From contig JAOUMX010000004.1 of the NCBI GenBank assembly GCA_029881275.1, positions 1-52,098 on the forward strand: a stretch of DNA of 52,098 nt. The letters run 5' to 3'. Of the stretch, positions 21,736 through 33,017 are shown one piece after another. Origin of the DNA: Gammaproteobacteria bacterium (GTDB taxonomy: Bacteria > Pseudomonadota > Gammaproteobacteria > SZUA-229). Position numbers and translations under genes: made by a program. Under the pieces are notes generated by a model, which was given only the letters and a program-made list of their open reading frames with translations, had not been told where the DNA came from and made no database searches. Positions within the stretch are counted from its first letter, which is position 1. Every line of letters begins with the position of its first letter.

Positions 21736-22491
21736 TTAGCCAAGTGAAAAAGAAGCCAGTAAAGGTGTATGGTCTGAAAGTTTTCGCCATGGCATTTTGT
21801 GCAGGCGTTGGCAGTGGACGGGTTTAAGTCCTCTGCAGTAAATGCGGTCCATGGTCAGTGCCGGCATCCAGGCAGGAAAACTGCGTGCATGTCGACCGGT
21901 GGTTGATTTGAAGACTTCGTATAGATCCAGATCCATGTTCATGTGTTTTTCAGCTCGACCCATCCAGTCATTAAAGTCGCCGGCAATGATGAGAGGTTCT
22001 TCTCGGGGTACATGGGAATTTATGCGCTGACTTAATACAGATAACTGTTTTTCACGTTCAACATCAAACAGGCCAAGGTGTACACAAATGACATGAATTT
22101 TCTGATCACTGCCAGGTATCTGAATGGTGCCATGCAGTAGGCTGCGACTTGCTGAGCGCATGGCAGACACGTTGATATTTTCCCACTCGATAAATGGGTA
22201 TTTACTCAGAATGGCATTGCCATGATGTCCCTGTTTGTATATGGCATTTTTCCCATAAGCATGATGGTGCCAGATCTGATCAGCTAGAAATTCAAACTGG
22301 CCACTGTCAGGCCAGTTATTAATTGTCTGTTTGCGCATTAAATGCTCACCCTGAATTTCCTGTAAGAAGACTATGTCTGCATCAATTTTTCGCAGGGCGT
22401 CTTTAATGTCATGCAGAATAAAGCGTCGATTGCCAACACTAAATCCTTTGTGGATGTTGTAGGTAAGTATTTTGAGTGGTGTATCGGTCAT
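21736..22491 (-). CDS. Endonuclease/exonuclease/phosphatase family protein (YbhP-like)
   Basis: LTYNIHKG, DIVFLQE, QFEFLAD..W...AYGKNA, HHGNAILSKYP, IIAGDFNDW, DRIY, LSDHTPL. Confidence 0.88.
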   Translation of the reverse strand: MTDTPLKILTYNIHKGFSVGNRRFILHDIKDALRKIDADIVFLQEIQGEHLMRKQTINNWPDSGQFEFLADQIWHHHAYGKNAIYKQGHHGNAILSKYPFIEWENINVSAMRSASRSLLHGTIQIPGSDQKIHVICVHLGLFDVEREKQLSVLSQRINSHVPREEPLIIAGDFNDWMGRAEKHMNMDLDLYEVFKSTTGRHARSFPAWMPALTMDRIYCRGLKPVHCQRLHKMPWRKLSDHTPLLASFSLG

Positions 22492-22536
22492 GATTTATAA
22501 TCAGTTTGCATTTTTACTGTAACTTAAGGTGATCAT

Positions 22537-22782
22537 ATGAGTGATGAAAAATATCAACCAATTGCCTGTTCTGACTATGATATTTATGAAATCGCCATTA
22601 TGCGACATGAAAAACTTGATTTGCATTGGCTGGATGACAGAGGAATTGAGCATCATCAGGAAGTCACACCTGTAAATCTAAAAATTTCATGCGCTGCTGA
22701 ATATCTGGTTGTGGAATTAAGGCACGGTGATAAATCATCGTTATCTGACATCCGACTGGATAAAATAATAAAAGCAACATAA
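22537..22782 (+). CDS. rof: Rho-binding antiterminator Rof (YaeO) family protein
   Basis: YQPIACSDYDIYEIAIM, EYL and IRLDKI match the Rof pattern; 81 aa. Confidence 0.8.
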   Translation: MSDEKYQPIACSDYDIYEIAIMRHEKLDLHWLDDRGIEHHQEVTPVNLKISCAAEYLVVELRHGDKSSLSDIRLDKIIKAT

Positions 22783-22806
22783 AAAAGCCCTGCTGGCAGG
22801 GCTTTT
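22783..22806. terminator. Bidirectional terminator between rof and the DsrC/TusE tandem gene
   Basis: aaaagccctgc-tg-gcagggctttt between convergent stop codons. Confidence 0.85.
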
Positions 22807-22812
22807 ATATGA

Positions 22813-23568
22813 TTAGTCTATACAACCTTGTGGTTCTGGCAGGCCGCCTATACGTGCACCCTGACGTGCCGGGCCCTTAGGAAAGAGATTATATAAATAC
22901 TCTTCGCTGCATTTTTCAGATCCAAAATGTTCTCTCATGTATTTTATTAGTAGCTTAACCATGGGCGTTACGCCAAATTCAAAATAAAATTTACGAATAT
23001 AGTTAATGACTTCCCAATGTTCGGCGTTTAATTCCAGGTTTTCCTTAACGGCTAAATGCCGGGCCACATTTTCATTCCATTGTGACGCATCTATCAGGTG
23101 ACCATGTGGGGTTACCTCAAAAACTTTGCCGTCGTAATCAAATTTTTCTACATAGTGATCACACATGCCGGGATCAAGGTGTTTCGGTGCTTTTGGTTTT
23201 GCAGCACGATTATGACGGTTGTCGTCATCAAGTTCTGCATCAAGCATGGGTAAGGGTAAACCGGCTATGCGAGTACCTTCAATGAGTACTCCACCGGGGA
23301 ATAAGCTATCCAGATATTCACTCGTGGCTTTTTTTGGACCAAATTTATCGTTAATGGCATGAAGTAATAACTTGCGAATTGGCGATAAATTATATTCCTG
23401 ATAGAAATCACGCATAAGATTAATCATTTCCCAGTGATTACTGGTTAATGTTAAGCCATCTTTTGCAGCAAGATTTTCGGCAACTTTTTCATTCCAGTCA
23501 CTGGTGTTTGCTAAACGACCATCTGGTAATAAATTGTATGTGACCCCGTCTATTTTCATGCTCGTCAC
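22813..23568 (-). CDS. Tandem two-domain DsrC/TusE-family sulfur relay protein
   Basis: Two copies of the G.L....W...VA..LA....L.L...HWE.I...R.FY....P...LFP.G....G.RI.GLP.P pattern; only the second ends with a Cys (EPQGCID). GTG start. Confidence 0.88.
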   Translation of the reverse strand: MTSMKIDGVTYNLLPDGRLANTSDWNEKVAENLAAKDGLTLTSNHWEMINLMRDFYQEYNLSPIRKLLLHAINDKFGPKKATSEYLDSLFPGGVLIEGTRIAGLPLPMLDAELDDDNRHNRAAKPKAPKHLDPGMCDHYVEKFDYDGKVFEVTPHGHLIDASQWNENVARHLAVKENLELNAEHWEVINYIRKFYFEFGVTPMVKLLIKYMREHFGSEKCSEEYLYNLFPKGPARQGARIGGLPEPQGCID

Positions 23569-23729
23569 AGTGATAACCCCTATATGTTGAGCTTAAATAA
23601 CAAATGGATATTTTTTCCATTTCCCATGTTCCAAGCATAGCATCTAAATAATCGACTTATTTTGAGAAATATAAAAAAAAATAAAAAACATTGCAGCTGC
23701 TCAAATAATGTGCAGTTTTTTGTAACCCG

Positions 23730-24170
23730 TTAGCGAGCAGAACAATAATCATCCAGTGTACTTTTGCTTAATTCACATCTCAGGTTCAGGGACGCATTGA
23801 CACTGCCTGTGCCATAGCGATTGCCTGAGTAAAGATTAATACGCTGGTCTTTATATTGAGTGCATATATTCCATTCATCCAGATAATATTTCATTATTGG
23901 CGCATGGGGTAATTGTTCTTTGATGGTTTTTATATGAAATTCACCATCGGGTCCCGTTACGACTTCAGTTGCGATTTTGAAGCATTGAGAGTCATCGCCT
24001 TTTATTGACAGGTAAACAGGTAGTCCCTGAGCTGCCTGGTTATTAATGCTGATAGTGCCGCTGATTGCAGGTGTTTTTAAGCGGGTATAAGGGGTGGATG
24101 CACAGGCAGTAATAAGAATGGATATAAATACCAGGCTTAATAAATGGAGCTTGTGCATTTCGCTTTTCAT
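23730..24170 (-). CDS. Putative lipoprotein of unknown function
   Basis: Hydrophobic signal with lipobox ILITA-C; ISGTI and VTGPDGEFHI suggest a prealbumin/carboxypeptidase-regulatory-like fold; four further Cys. Start at 24170 or 24158. Confidence 0.65.
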   Translation of the reverse strand: MKSEMHKLHLLSLVFISILITACASTPYTRLKTPAISGTISINNQAAQGLPVYLSIKGDDSQCFKIATEVVTGPDGEFHIKTIKEQLPHAPIMKYYLDEWNICTQYKDQRINLYSGNRYGTGSVNASLNLRCELSKSTLDDYCSAR

Positions 24171-24261
24171 GATCGTAGATGTTGTCTTATTTAATCTGAC
24201 TATCCTTGGAAACAGGGTGTAATGCAACTGCGAAAAGAGACATTGTTGATATCACGCAATG

Positions 24262-24288
24262 AACAGGAGCCGCTGTGCGGCTCCTGTT
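24262..24288 (-). terminator. Hairpin immediately after the acs stop codon
   Basis: aacaggagccgc-tgt-gcggctcctgtt, 12-bp perfect stem; weak U tail. Confidence 0.6.
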
Positions 24289-24291
24289 ATA

Positions 24292-26268
24292 TCAGGCCTT
24301 GCCCTGAAGCTGTAACAGAATATCTTCATTTTCCAGAGTAGAGGTATCTGAGGTAATGTCTTCTCCACGGGCAATATTGCGTAACAGGCGGCGCATGATT
24401 TTGCCGGAGCGGGTTTTGGGCAGGTTGTCCGCATAGCGAATTTCATCGGGCTTGGCGATAGGGCCAATCTGTTCTCCGACCCAGTTACGCAGTTCTTTGG
24501 TCAGTTCTGTATCTATGCCGCCTTCAGGTCGTTTTCCCCTGAGTACGACATAGGCAAAAATGGCTTCGCCCTTAACGTCATGGGGGTAGCCTACCACAGC
24601 GGCTTCAGCAACCCGTGGATGGGCGACCAGTGCTGATTCAACTTCCATGGTACCAAGACGATGCCCTGATACATTGAGGACATCATCAATACGGCCCATG
24701 ATCCAGAAGTAACCATCAGCATCTTTACGGGCACTGTCACCGGCCAGGTAATATTTACCGCCAAATTTTGGCCAGTAAGTATCCACATAACGCTGTTCAT
24801 CACCCCAGATAGTGCGCAGCTGAGAGGGGAAAGGTTTTTTGATGACCAGGAAGCCACCTTTATTGGCTTCTGTGATGCTATTGCCATCTTCGTCAACCAC
24901 ATCAGCGTCAATACCGGGCAGGGCAATGGTACAGGAGCCGGGCTTGGTGGCGACTACGCCGGGCAAAGGTGCAATCATGTTGGCGCCGGTTTCTGTCTGC
25001 CACCAGGTATCGACAATCGGACAGGTCTCCTTGCCAATGACGGTGTGATACCAGATCCAGGCTTCCGGGTTGATGGGTTCGCCAACCGTGCCCAGCAGGC
25101 GAATTGATGATAAATCATAGCGATTGGGCAGTTCATCTCCCAGTTTCATCAGGGCACGGATGGCAGTCGGTGCGGTATAGAAAATAGTGACCTTATGCTG
25201 TTCACATATTTTCCAGAAACGACCCCCATCGGGTATGGTGGGTGCGCCTTCATACATAACGATGGTGCCACCGGCAGCTAACGGGCCATAGGCAACATAG
25301 GTATGACCGGTAATCCAGCCGACATCGGCCGTGCACCAGAAAATGTCCTTATCCTGTAAATCAAATACCCACAGGTTGGTCATAATGGCGCCAAGTAGGT
25401 AACCGGCACTGGAATGTTGTATGCCTTTGGGTTTACCGGTTGAGCCGGAGGTGTAGAGCAGGAATAAAGGGTGTTCAGATTCAACCCAGACCGGTGGGCA
25501 GTCTGTGCTCTGACCGGCAATGGCATCATGCCACCAGATATCACGACCCGCCTGCATAGGAATATCGTGCTGGGTGCGCTGGCAAACAATGACAGAGGTA
25601 ATGCTTGGGCAGCCACTGGCCAGTGCTTTATCAGTCGCGGTTTTGAGTTCAACAATTTTGCCGCCACGGTGACCACCATCGGCGGTGATGACCATTTTTG
25701 CACCGGCATCGTTAATACGGTCGCGCAGTGATTCGGCCGAGAACCCGCCGAACACCACGGAATGAATAGCACCAATACGGGCACAGGCCTGCATGGCGAT
25801 AACCGCTTCCGGAATCATCGGCATATAAATGACTACACGGTCACCTTTGGTAATACCCTGGGCTTTCAGGGCATTGGCAAACTGGCTGACATCATGGGTC
25901 AGTTGCTGGTAGCTGATCTTACGGGTATCACCTTTTTCGCCTTCGAAAATGATGGCGGTTTTATCCGCTTTATCAGTCAGGTGTCGATCAAGGCAGTTAT
26001 GTGACACATTTAATTTGCCATCGGCAAACCATTTGAAGTGGGGCGCTTTGCTGTCGTCAAGTACCTCATTGAATGGTGTTTGCCAGTCGAGCATCTCACG
26101 GGCCTGTTCTGCCCAGAAACCGGTATAATCCTGTTCTGCTTTTTTATGCAGCGCATCAAAGTCGGCTTTTTTAATTCGCGCTTTGCTGACAAAGTCTGAA
26201 GAAGGTTCAAACTGACGATTTTCAATGAGTATTGAGTCGATATTATTGGCAGTCATGCCTGTCTCCAT
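24292..26268 (-). CDS. acs: Acetyl-CoA synthetase
   Basis: [71 protein letters not shown]. Confidence 0.97.
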   Translation of the reverse strand: METGMTANNIDSILIENRQFEPSSDFVSKARIKKADFDALHKKAEQDYTGFWAEQAREMLDWQTPFNEVLDDSKAPHFKWFADGKLNVSHNCLDRHLTDKADKTAIIFEGEKGDTRKISYQQLTHDVSQFANALKAQGITKGDRVVIYMPMIPEAVIAMQACARIGAIHSVVFGGFSAESLRDRINDAGAKMVITADGGHRGGKIVELKTATDKALASGCPSITSVIVCQRTQHDIPMQAGRDIWWHDAIAGQSTDCPPVWVESEHPLFLLYTSGSTGKPKGIQHSSAGYLLGAIMTNLWVFDLQDKDIFWCTADVGWITGHTYVAYGPLAAGGTIVMYEGAPTIPDGGRFWKICEQHKVTIFYTAPTAIRALMKLGDELPNRYDLSSIRLLGTVGEPINPEAWIWYHTVIGKETCPIVDTWWQTETGANMIAPLPGVVATKPGSCTIALPGIDADVVDEDGNSITEANKGGFLVIKKPFPSQLRTIWGDEQRYVDTYWPKFGGKYYLAGDSARKDADGYFWIMGRIDDVLNVSGHRLGTMEVESALVAHPRVAEAAVVGYPHDVKGEAIFAYVVLRGKRPEGGIDTELTKELRNWVGEQIGPIAKPDEIRYADNLPKTRSGKIMRRLLRNIARGEDITSDTSTLENEDILLQLQGKA

Positions 26269-26326
26269 TGCCTGTTATTCTTAATCAGTCAAGCATACCG
26301 AGGAGCGGTGTCCGAGGCAACCGGTG

Positions 26327-27235
26327 TCAGTCGGTATAGGGGATTTTCTCTATGGCAGGTATCTTGTTCATATTCCAGTGTTCCAGTGCCCATTGCCAGA
26401 TGGTATTTAATGATGCCTTTGTTAACGCTGGATCGGGTTGTTGACCCAGAAAACGCAGGGCAGCAAACAGGGCGGGGACGGGTTTATATTGATCAATACC
26501 ACCCGAGCCATTATGTTTGCTGATTTTGTCGCCCTGTGCATCAACAGCAACGGGGAGATGGGCGTAAGCCGGTTGCGTATATGACAGGTGCTGCTGTAGA
26601 AATATTTGTCGAGGTGTGGAATCGAGTAGATCGACACCGCGAACCACATGGGTAATATTCTGAAAGGCATCGTCGATGACAACGGCTAACTGGTAGGCAA
26701 ATAATCCATCGCGGCGGCGTATGATGAAATCACCAATTTCCTGTTTCAGGTTTTGAGTATAAACGCCCATAATGGCGTCACTAAATTCGATTATCTGATT
26801 ACTGGTACGAATCCGGAGTGCATGAGCAATGTCTTCGGGGTGATTTTTATCTTCACATGTTCCGGGATAGGCAAGACCCTGTTGTCCCATTTCGTTATTT
26901 TCGCGTAAATCCTTACGGCTACATATACAGCGGTAGATTAGTTTTTTATCGATCAACGCCTGTAAGACGTCTTCATAGATCTGTTTTCTTCTGGTCTGAT
27001 AAAGAATGTCATCATCCCATTCAAAACCATAGCGCTCAAGCGTGCGTAGAATATCATCGGCCGAACCCGGAATATTGCGTAGCTCATCAATATCTTCGAT
27101 GCGAACCAGCCAGTCGCCTTTTTGTGAACGGGCTTCCAGATAGCTTGCGACAGCGGTGACCAGGGAGCCGAAATGTAATTGCCCGGTAGGAGAAGGGGCA
27201 AAGCGTCCGCGGTAGTGGAAATTAGAATCAGACAT
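26327..27235 (-). CDS. gluQ: Glutamyl-Q tRNA(Asp) synthetase
   Basis: GRFAPSPTGQLHFGS, VRIEDID, YQLAVVIDD, VRGVDLL, KISK; lacks the anticodon-binding domain; downstream of dksA. Confidence 0.94.
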   Translation of the reverse strand: MSDSNFHYRGRFAPSPTGQLHFGSLVTAVASYLEARSQKGDWLVRIEDIDELRNIPGSADDILRTLERYGFEWDDDILYQTRRKQIYEDVLQALIDKKLIYRCICSRKDLRENNEMGQQGLAYPGTCEDKNHPEDIAHALRIRTSNQIIEFSDAIMGVYTQNLKQEIGDFIIRRRDGLFAYQLAVVIDDAFQNITHVVRGVDLLDSTPRQIFLQQHLSYTQPAYAHLPVAVDAQGDKISKHNGSGGIDQYKPVPALFAALRFLGQQPDPALTKASLNTIWQWALEHWNMNKIPAIEKIPYTD

Positions 27236-27291
27236 GTGTTAAACAATTGAGCCAGACAGGGTGGGGTCTGGCTCTGAAAAAATCAGGGTAC

Positions 27292-27726
27292 TTATTTGCC
27301 TTTGGTTTGTTTTTCCTTGATTTCATCAAGGCTCTTGCAGTCGATACACTGGGTGGCCGTAGGTCGTGCTTCCAGGCGTTTAATACCGATTTCAACGCCG
27401 CAGGTTTCGCAGTAACCGTATTCACCGTTATCCAGCATATCCATGGATTCATCAATTTTCTTGATCAGTTTACGTTCGCGGTCACGGGTACGTAATTCCA
27501 GACTGAATTCTTCTTCCTGCGAAGCGCGGTCAGCGGGATCCGGGAAATTGGCGGCATCGTCTTTCATATGACCCACGGTGCGATCAACTTCTGCCATGAG
27601 TTCATTTTTCCAGTTTTGCAAAATGCCACGAAAATGTTCAATCTGTTTTTCATTCATGTATTCCTCACCCTTTTTCGCTTTGTAAGGGGTGAAGTTATGT
27701 AATTTCTGTGCCGAATTATCAGGCAT
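27292..27726 (-). CDS. dksA: RNA polymerase-binding transcription factor DksA
   Basis: [39 protein letters not shown], four-Cys zinc finger CETC...CIDC. Confidence 0.97.
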   Translation of the reverse strand: MPDNSAQKLHNFTPYKAKKGEEYMNEKQIEHFRGILQNWKNELMAEVDRTVGHMKDDAANFPDPADRASQEEEFSLELRTRDRERKLIKKIDESMDMLDNGEYGYCETCGVEIGIKRLEARPTATQCIDCKSLDEIKEKQTKGK

Positions 27727-27847
27727 CGATTTCTCCGATCTATTTCTGTGCAACACGATTTAATAACAAGAAAAGCGCTTAGTTGCAATGATGAAAATAA
27801 TAAAGCAGGGTAATTTACCCGTGTTAAGCGTAATAGGCAATGCTGTA

Positions 27848-29203
27848 TTAACTTTTTAGTGTTTTTTCGATCCTGCTTATAAGTACTCCCTTATATACTT
27901 GAATGGTAATTTGGTCATTAATCTTCACCTGTCTGGCATCTGTTATGGTCTGGCCGTTTTCATTCGTTGCAATGGCATAGCCGCGACTCAGGGTTTCCAG
28001 TGGGCTGATTGCCTGCAAGGTGCGACTCAGTCCACCCAGTGCCTGTTTTTTACTGGCCACGGTTTGTTGCGTTGCCCGACGCAGTCTTTGCACCAGATTG
28101 TAAATAGCCTGCTGACCGGTTTCGATTTGATGTTCAGGCGTGTTCAGTGTTAATCGGCTGAGGTTATATTGAAACTGGCTTTGAAAGTTTTTGAAAGCGT
28201 ATTGCCATGCTGTGATCATGCGTTGTTGCAGGTCATCCAGATGTTGGGCCTGCTGTTGCAAATAACTGAGAGGATGCTGTTGTTTAAGGCGTTTTTGAAG
28301 CCAGTCTAACTGTTCTTTAAAGCGGCGGATTTTCTCCAGCATAAGCTGGCCCAGACGTTGTTGATACCAGGCAAAGGTTTGCTGGTAACTTTCCTGATCC
28401 GGGCTGATCAGTTCAGCGGCTGCTGAGGGAGTGGGTGCACGCACGTCAGCGGCAAAATCTGCAATGGTGATATCAACTTCGTGACCCACGCCGCAAATAA
28501 CCGGAATATCACAATCAACAATGGCACGGGCAACGATTTCTTCGTTAAAGGCCTGGAGATCTTCCAGTGAGCCACCACCGCGAACCAGCAACAGGACGTC
28601 GCAGTCCTTGCGTTTTGCTGCCAGTTTCAGGGTGTTAACTATGGCCGGAGCCGCTTCGTTGCCCTGTACGGGAACCGGGTAAACCAGTACCGGTATGGCG
28701 GGGAAACGGCGCTGTAACACGCTTAGCACATCACGTATAGCGGCGCCTGTGGCGGATGTAATAATGCCGATACGTTCGGGTAATTCGGGAATCGGCAGTT
28801 TCAGGTCGTCATCAAACAGGCCTTCAGCGGCCAGTTTTGCCTTGAGTTCATCAAAGGCACGTTGCAGTGCGCCGGCACCGGCTTCTTCCATGTGTTCTGC
28901 GATCAGCTGGTAATTACCCCGGGCTTCGTAAAGACTGACACGGGCGCGGATCAGAACCTGCTGGCCATTTTCAGGTGTGAAACGCAGAAATTGATTACGC
29001 CCCCGGAACATGGCGCAGCTGACCTGTGCGGTTGAATCCTTGAGGGTGAAATAGATATGTCCGGAAGACGGCTGTGACAGGTTGGATATTTCGCCCTCAA
29101 CCCAGATTAGCGGAAACTCACCTTCCAGTAGGGTACGGACACTGAGATTGAGTTCGGAAACGCTGAAGACGATGCGTTCAGCCTGCTGATTTTGGTTACT
29201 CAT
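27848..29203 (-). CDS. xseA: Exodeoxyribonuclease VII large subunit
   Basis: WVEGEISN..SSGHIYFTLKD, GIITSATGAAIRD, RGGGSLEDL, GVGHEVD, APTPSAAAE, SPLETLSRGYA. ATG 29203 preferred. Confidence 0.96.
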   Translation of the reverse strand: MSNQNQQAERIVFSVSELNLSVRTLLEGEFPLIWVEGEISNLSQPSSGHIYFTLKDSTAQVSCAMFRGRNQFLRFTPENGQQVLIRARVSLYEARGNYQLIAEHMEEAGAGALQRAFDELKAKLAAEGLFDDDLKLPIPELPERIGIITSATGAAIRDVLSVLQRRFPAIPVLVYPVPVQGNEAAPAIVNTLKLAAKRKDCDVLLLVRGGGSLEDLQAFNEEIVARAIVDCDIPVICGVGHEVDITIADFAADVRAPTPSAAAELISPDQESYQQTFAWYQQRLGQLMLEKIRRFKEQLDWLQKRLKQQHPLSYLQQQAQHLDDLQQRMITAWQYAFKNFQSQFQYNLSRLTLNTPEHQIETGQQAIYNLVQRLRRATQQTVASKKQALGGLSRTLQAISPLETLSRGYAIATNENGQTITDARQVKINDQITIQVYKGVLISRIEKTLKS

Positions 29204-29232
29204 GGAAGGGGATAATACAGTTGTCGGCGATA

Positions 29233-29269
29233 AAAACAACAAAGCCAGATCATACTATCTGGCTTTGTT
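29233..29269 (-). terminator. Intrinsic terminator after the soxK-like gene
   Basis: 13-bp stem aacaaagccagat / atctggctttgtt (29238-29269) followed on the minus strand by gttttt. Confidence 0.8.
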
Positions 29270-29292
29270 ATCAGTGGTTTATCGGCCTGGAT

Positions 29293-29598
29293 TTAGTGAG
29301 GGCCTTTAACGTCTTTTTGCGCTTTGGCCTGGGCGACTGCCAGATCACCCTGGCGTTTGGCTTTATTAGCCAGTTTAACTGCTTTATCAAAATCGCCAGC
29401 TTTGGCTGCTTTACCGGCTTCTTTCAGCATTTTTTCGCTGTCACGCCATTCGTAGTTGGCAGCGGCGGCAGCATCAATGGCGGCTTTGGCATCGGCTTCG
29501 GCTTTAGTGAAATCATTCATGTTAGCAGCAGTTGCAGACAGACTGGCTGCCAGCAGACCGGCAAGGGTAATCGCAGTGAAGGTTTTAGCGTGATTCAT
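29293..29598 (-). CDS. Small exported protein resembling SoxAX-binding protein SoxK (SAXB)
   Basis: Sec signal peptide, then Ala/Lys-rich helices with EWRDSEKMLKEA..A..GDFDKAVKLANKAKRQGDLAVAQA, recalled as the SoxK pattern; good RBS (gaggat). Confidence 0.7.
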   Translation of the reverse strand: MNHAKTFTAITLAGLLAASLSATAANMNDFTKAEADAKAAIDAAAAANYEWRDSEKMLKEAGKAAKAGDFDKAVKLANKAKRQGDLAVAQAKAQKDVKGPH

Positions 29599-29783
29599 GT
29601 TATCCTCGTTTATGTATTTTGAGAGTGATATTTTTATGTAATTATTAATTATGTTGCTAAAAAATACATTTTAGCTCCAATGATTTTATCCAAGACAGGG
29701 TTGGATGCAAGCACTCTTTCCGCGTGCCCGGATGTAAAAAGTCAGAACAGAAACTTTTCCTTAAAAATCCGGCGTTTACCGGC

Positions 29784-31303
<1,520 letters not shown>

Positions 31304-31318
31304 TATTCAATATAAATT

Positions 31319-31349
31319 AAGGGGCAGGGAATTATTCCCTGCCTTTTTT
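31319..31349 (+). terminator. Terminator-like hairpin between guaB and guaA
   Basis: ggcagggaa-tta-ttccctgcc followed by tttttt. Confidence 0.75.
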
Positions 31350-31379
31350 CTTTCGACTTGCTGACAGTATTTAAAACAG

Positions 31380-32960
31380 ATGACTACTCAAAACATTCAT
31401 GCGGATCGTATTTTAATTCTGGACTTTGGTTCCCAGTATACGCAACTGATTGCTCGCCGTATTCGTGAAGCCGGTGTTTACTGTGAGCTTTATGGCTGGG
31501 ATATGGATGTTGACGTCATTAAAGAATTTAAACCCAAAGGTATTATTCTGTCCGGTGGTCCTGAAACTGTCACCGGCGATGAATCACCTGCAGCACCTCA
31601 AATCGTTTTTGATTTGGGTGTCCCGGTTCTGGGGATCTGTTACGGCATGCAAACCATGGCCGCACAGCTGGGTGGCAAAGTTGAAAATGCTGATCATCAT
31701 GAATATGGTTATGCGCAGGTACGTGCCCGCGGTCATACCCGATTATTAAAAGACATCGAAGACCATATGTCTGATGAAGGTTATGGTTTGCTGGATGTAT
31801 GGATGTCACACGGTGATCGTGTTGTTGAATTACCAGCCGGTTTTGTTCTTATGGCATCAACGGATTCGGCTCCTATTGCCGCTATGGCCAATGAAGAAAA
31901 AAATTATTATGGTCTGCAGTTTCATCCTGAAGTGACTCATACCAATCAGGGTCAGAGAATTATTGAACGCTTTGTTCACGAAATTTGCGGTTGTGGTAAT
32001 TTATGGACCGCTGACAATATTGTCGAAGATTCCATTGTTAAAATTCAGCAACTGGTCGGTGACGAAGAAGTCCTGCTGGGATTATCCGGCGGTGTTGATT
32101 CATCAGTAGTGGCCGCACTGTTGCATAAAGCCATTGGTGACAAACTCACCTGTGTATTTGTCGATAACGGTTTGTTGCGTTACAAAGAAGGCGATCAGGT
32201 AATGGCAACCTTTGCTGAACACATGGGCGTGAAAGTTATTCGTGTCGATGCGGAACAGCGTTTTCTTGATGCCTTAAAAGGTGAAACCGATCCCGAGAAA
32301 AAACGTAAAATTATTGGCAACATGTTTGTCGATATATTTGAAGAAGAATCAAATAAATTAGCGAATGCAAAATGGCTGGCTCAGGGTACGATTTATCCCG
32401 ATGTGATTGAATCAGCCGGTGCTAAAACCGGCAAGGCGCATTTAATCAAATCTCATCACAATGTTGGCGGCCTGCCCGACTACATGAAATTAAAACTCTG
32501 TGAGCCGTTACGTGAGTTATTCAAAGACGAAGTGCGCAAGCTGGGTGTTGAATTAGGTTTGCCCTATGACATGGTTTATCGTCATCCATTTCCTGGCCCG
32601 GGTTTGGGTGTGCGTATTCTGGCTGAAGTTAAAAAAGAATATGCCGACATTCTGCGACTGGCAGATCATATTTTTATAGAAGAATTACACAAGCACAAAC
32701 TTTACAATAAAGTTTCACAGGCATTTACAGTGTTCCTGCCAGTAAAATCTGTCGGTGTCACCGGTGATGGTCGTCGTTATCAGTATGTGGTGGCATTGCG
32801 TGCCGTTGAAACCATCGATTTCATGACAGCACGCTGGGCGCATCTGCCATATGATTTTCTCGATCATGTTTCGCGTCGCATCGTCAACGAAGTGAATGGT
32901 ATCTCACGCGTCGTTTATGATATTACCGGTAAGCCACCCGGTACGATTGAGTGGGAATAA
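31380..32960 (+). CDS. guaA: GMP synthase (glutamine-hydrolysing)
   Basis: [53 protein letters not shown]. Confidence 0.98.
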   Translation: MTTQNIHADRILILDFGSQYTQLIARRIREAGVYCELYGWDMDVDVIKEFKPKGIILSGGPETVTGDESPAAPQIVFDLGVPVLGICYGMQTMAAQLGGKVENADHHEYGYAQVRARGHTRLLKDIEDHMSDEGYGLLDVWMSHGDRVVELPAGFVLMASTDSAPIAAMANEEKNYYGLQFHPEVTHTNQGQRIIERFVHEICGCGNLWTADNIVEDSIVKIQQLVGDEEVLLGLSGGVDSSVVAALLHKAIGDKLTCVFVDNGLLRYKEGDQVMATFAEHMGVKVIRVDAEQRFLDALKGETDPEKKRKIIGNMFVDIFEEESNKLANAKWLAQGTIYPDVIESAGAKTGKAHLIKSHHNVGGLPDYMKLKLCEPLRELFKDEVRKLGVELGLPYDMVYRHPFPGPGLGVRILAEVKKEYADILRLADHIFIEELHKHKLYNKVSQAFTVFLPVKSVGVTGDGRRYQYVVALRAVETIDFMTARWAHLPYDFLDHVSRRIVNEVNGISRVVYDITGKPPGTIEWE

Positions 32961-33017
32961 AAAATATTTTTCAGTCGTGTTTTATTATTTGTCATAGTTT
33001 AAAACAGAACTCATCCT

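Noticed and set aside
29221-29622. 133-aa plus-strand ORF
   Set aside because: Antisense shadow of the soxK-like gene, which has the signal peptide, RBS and terminator.
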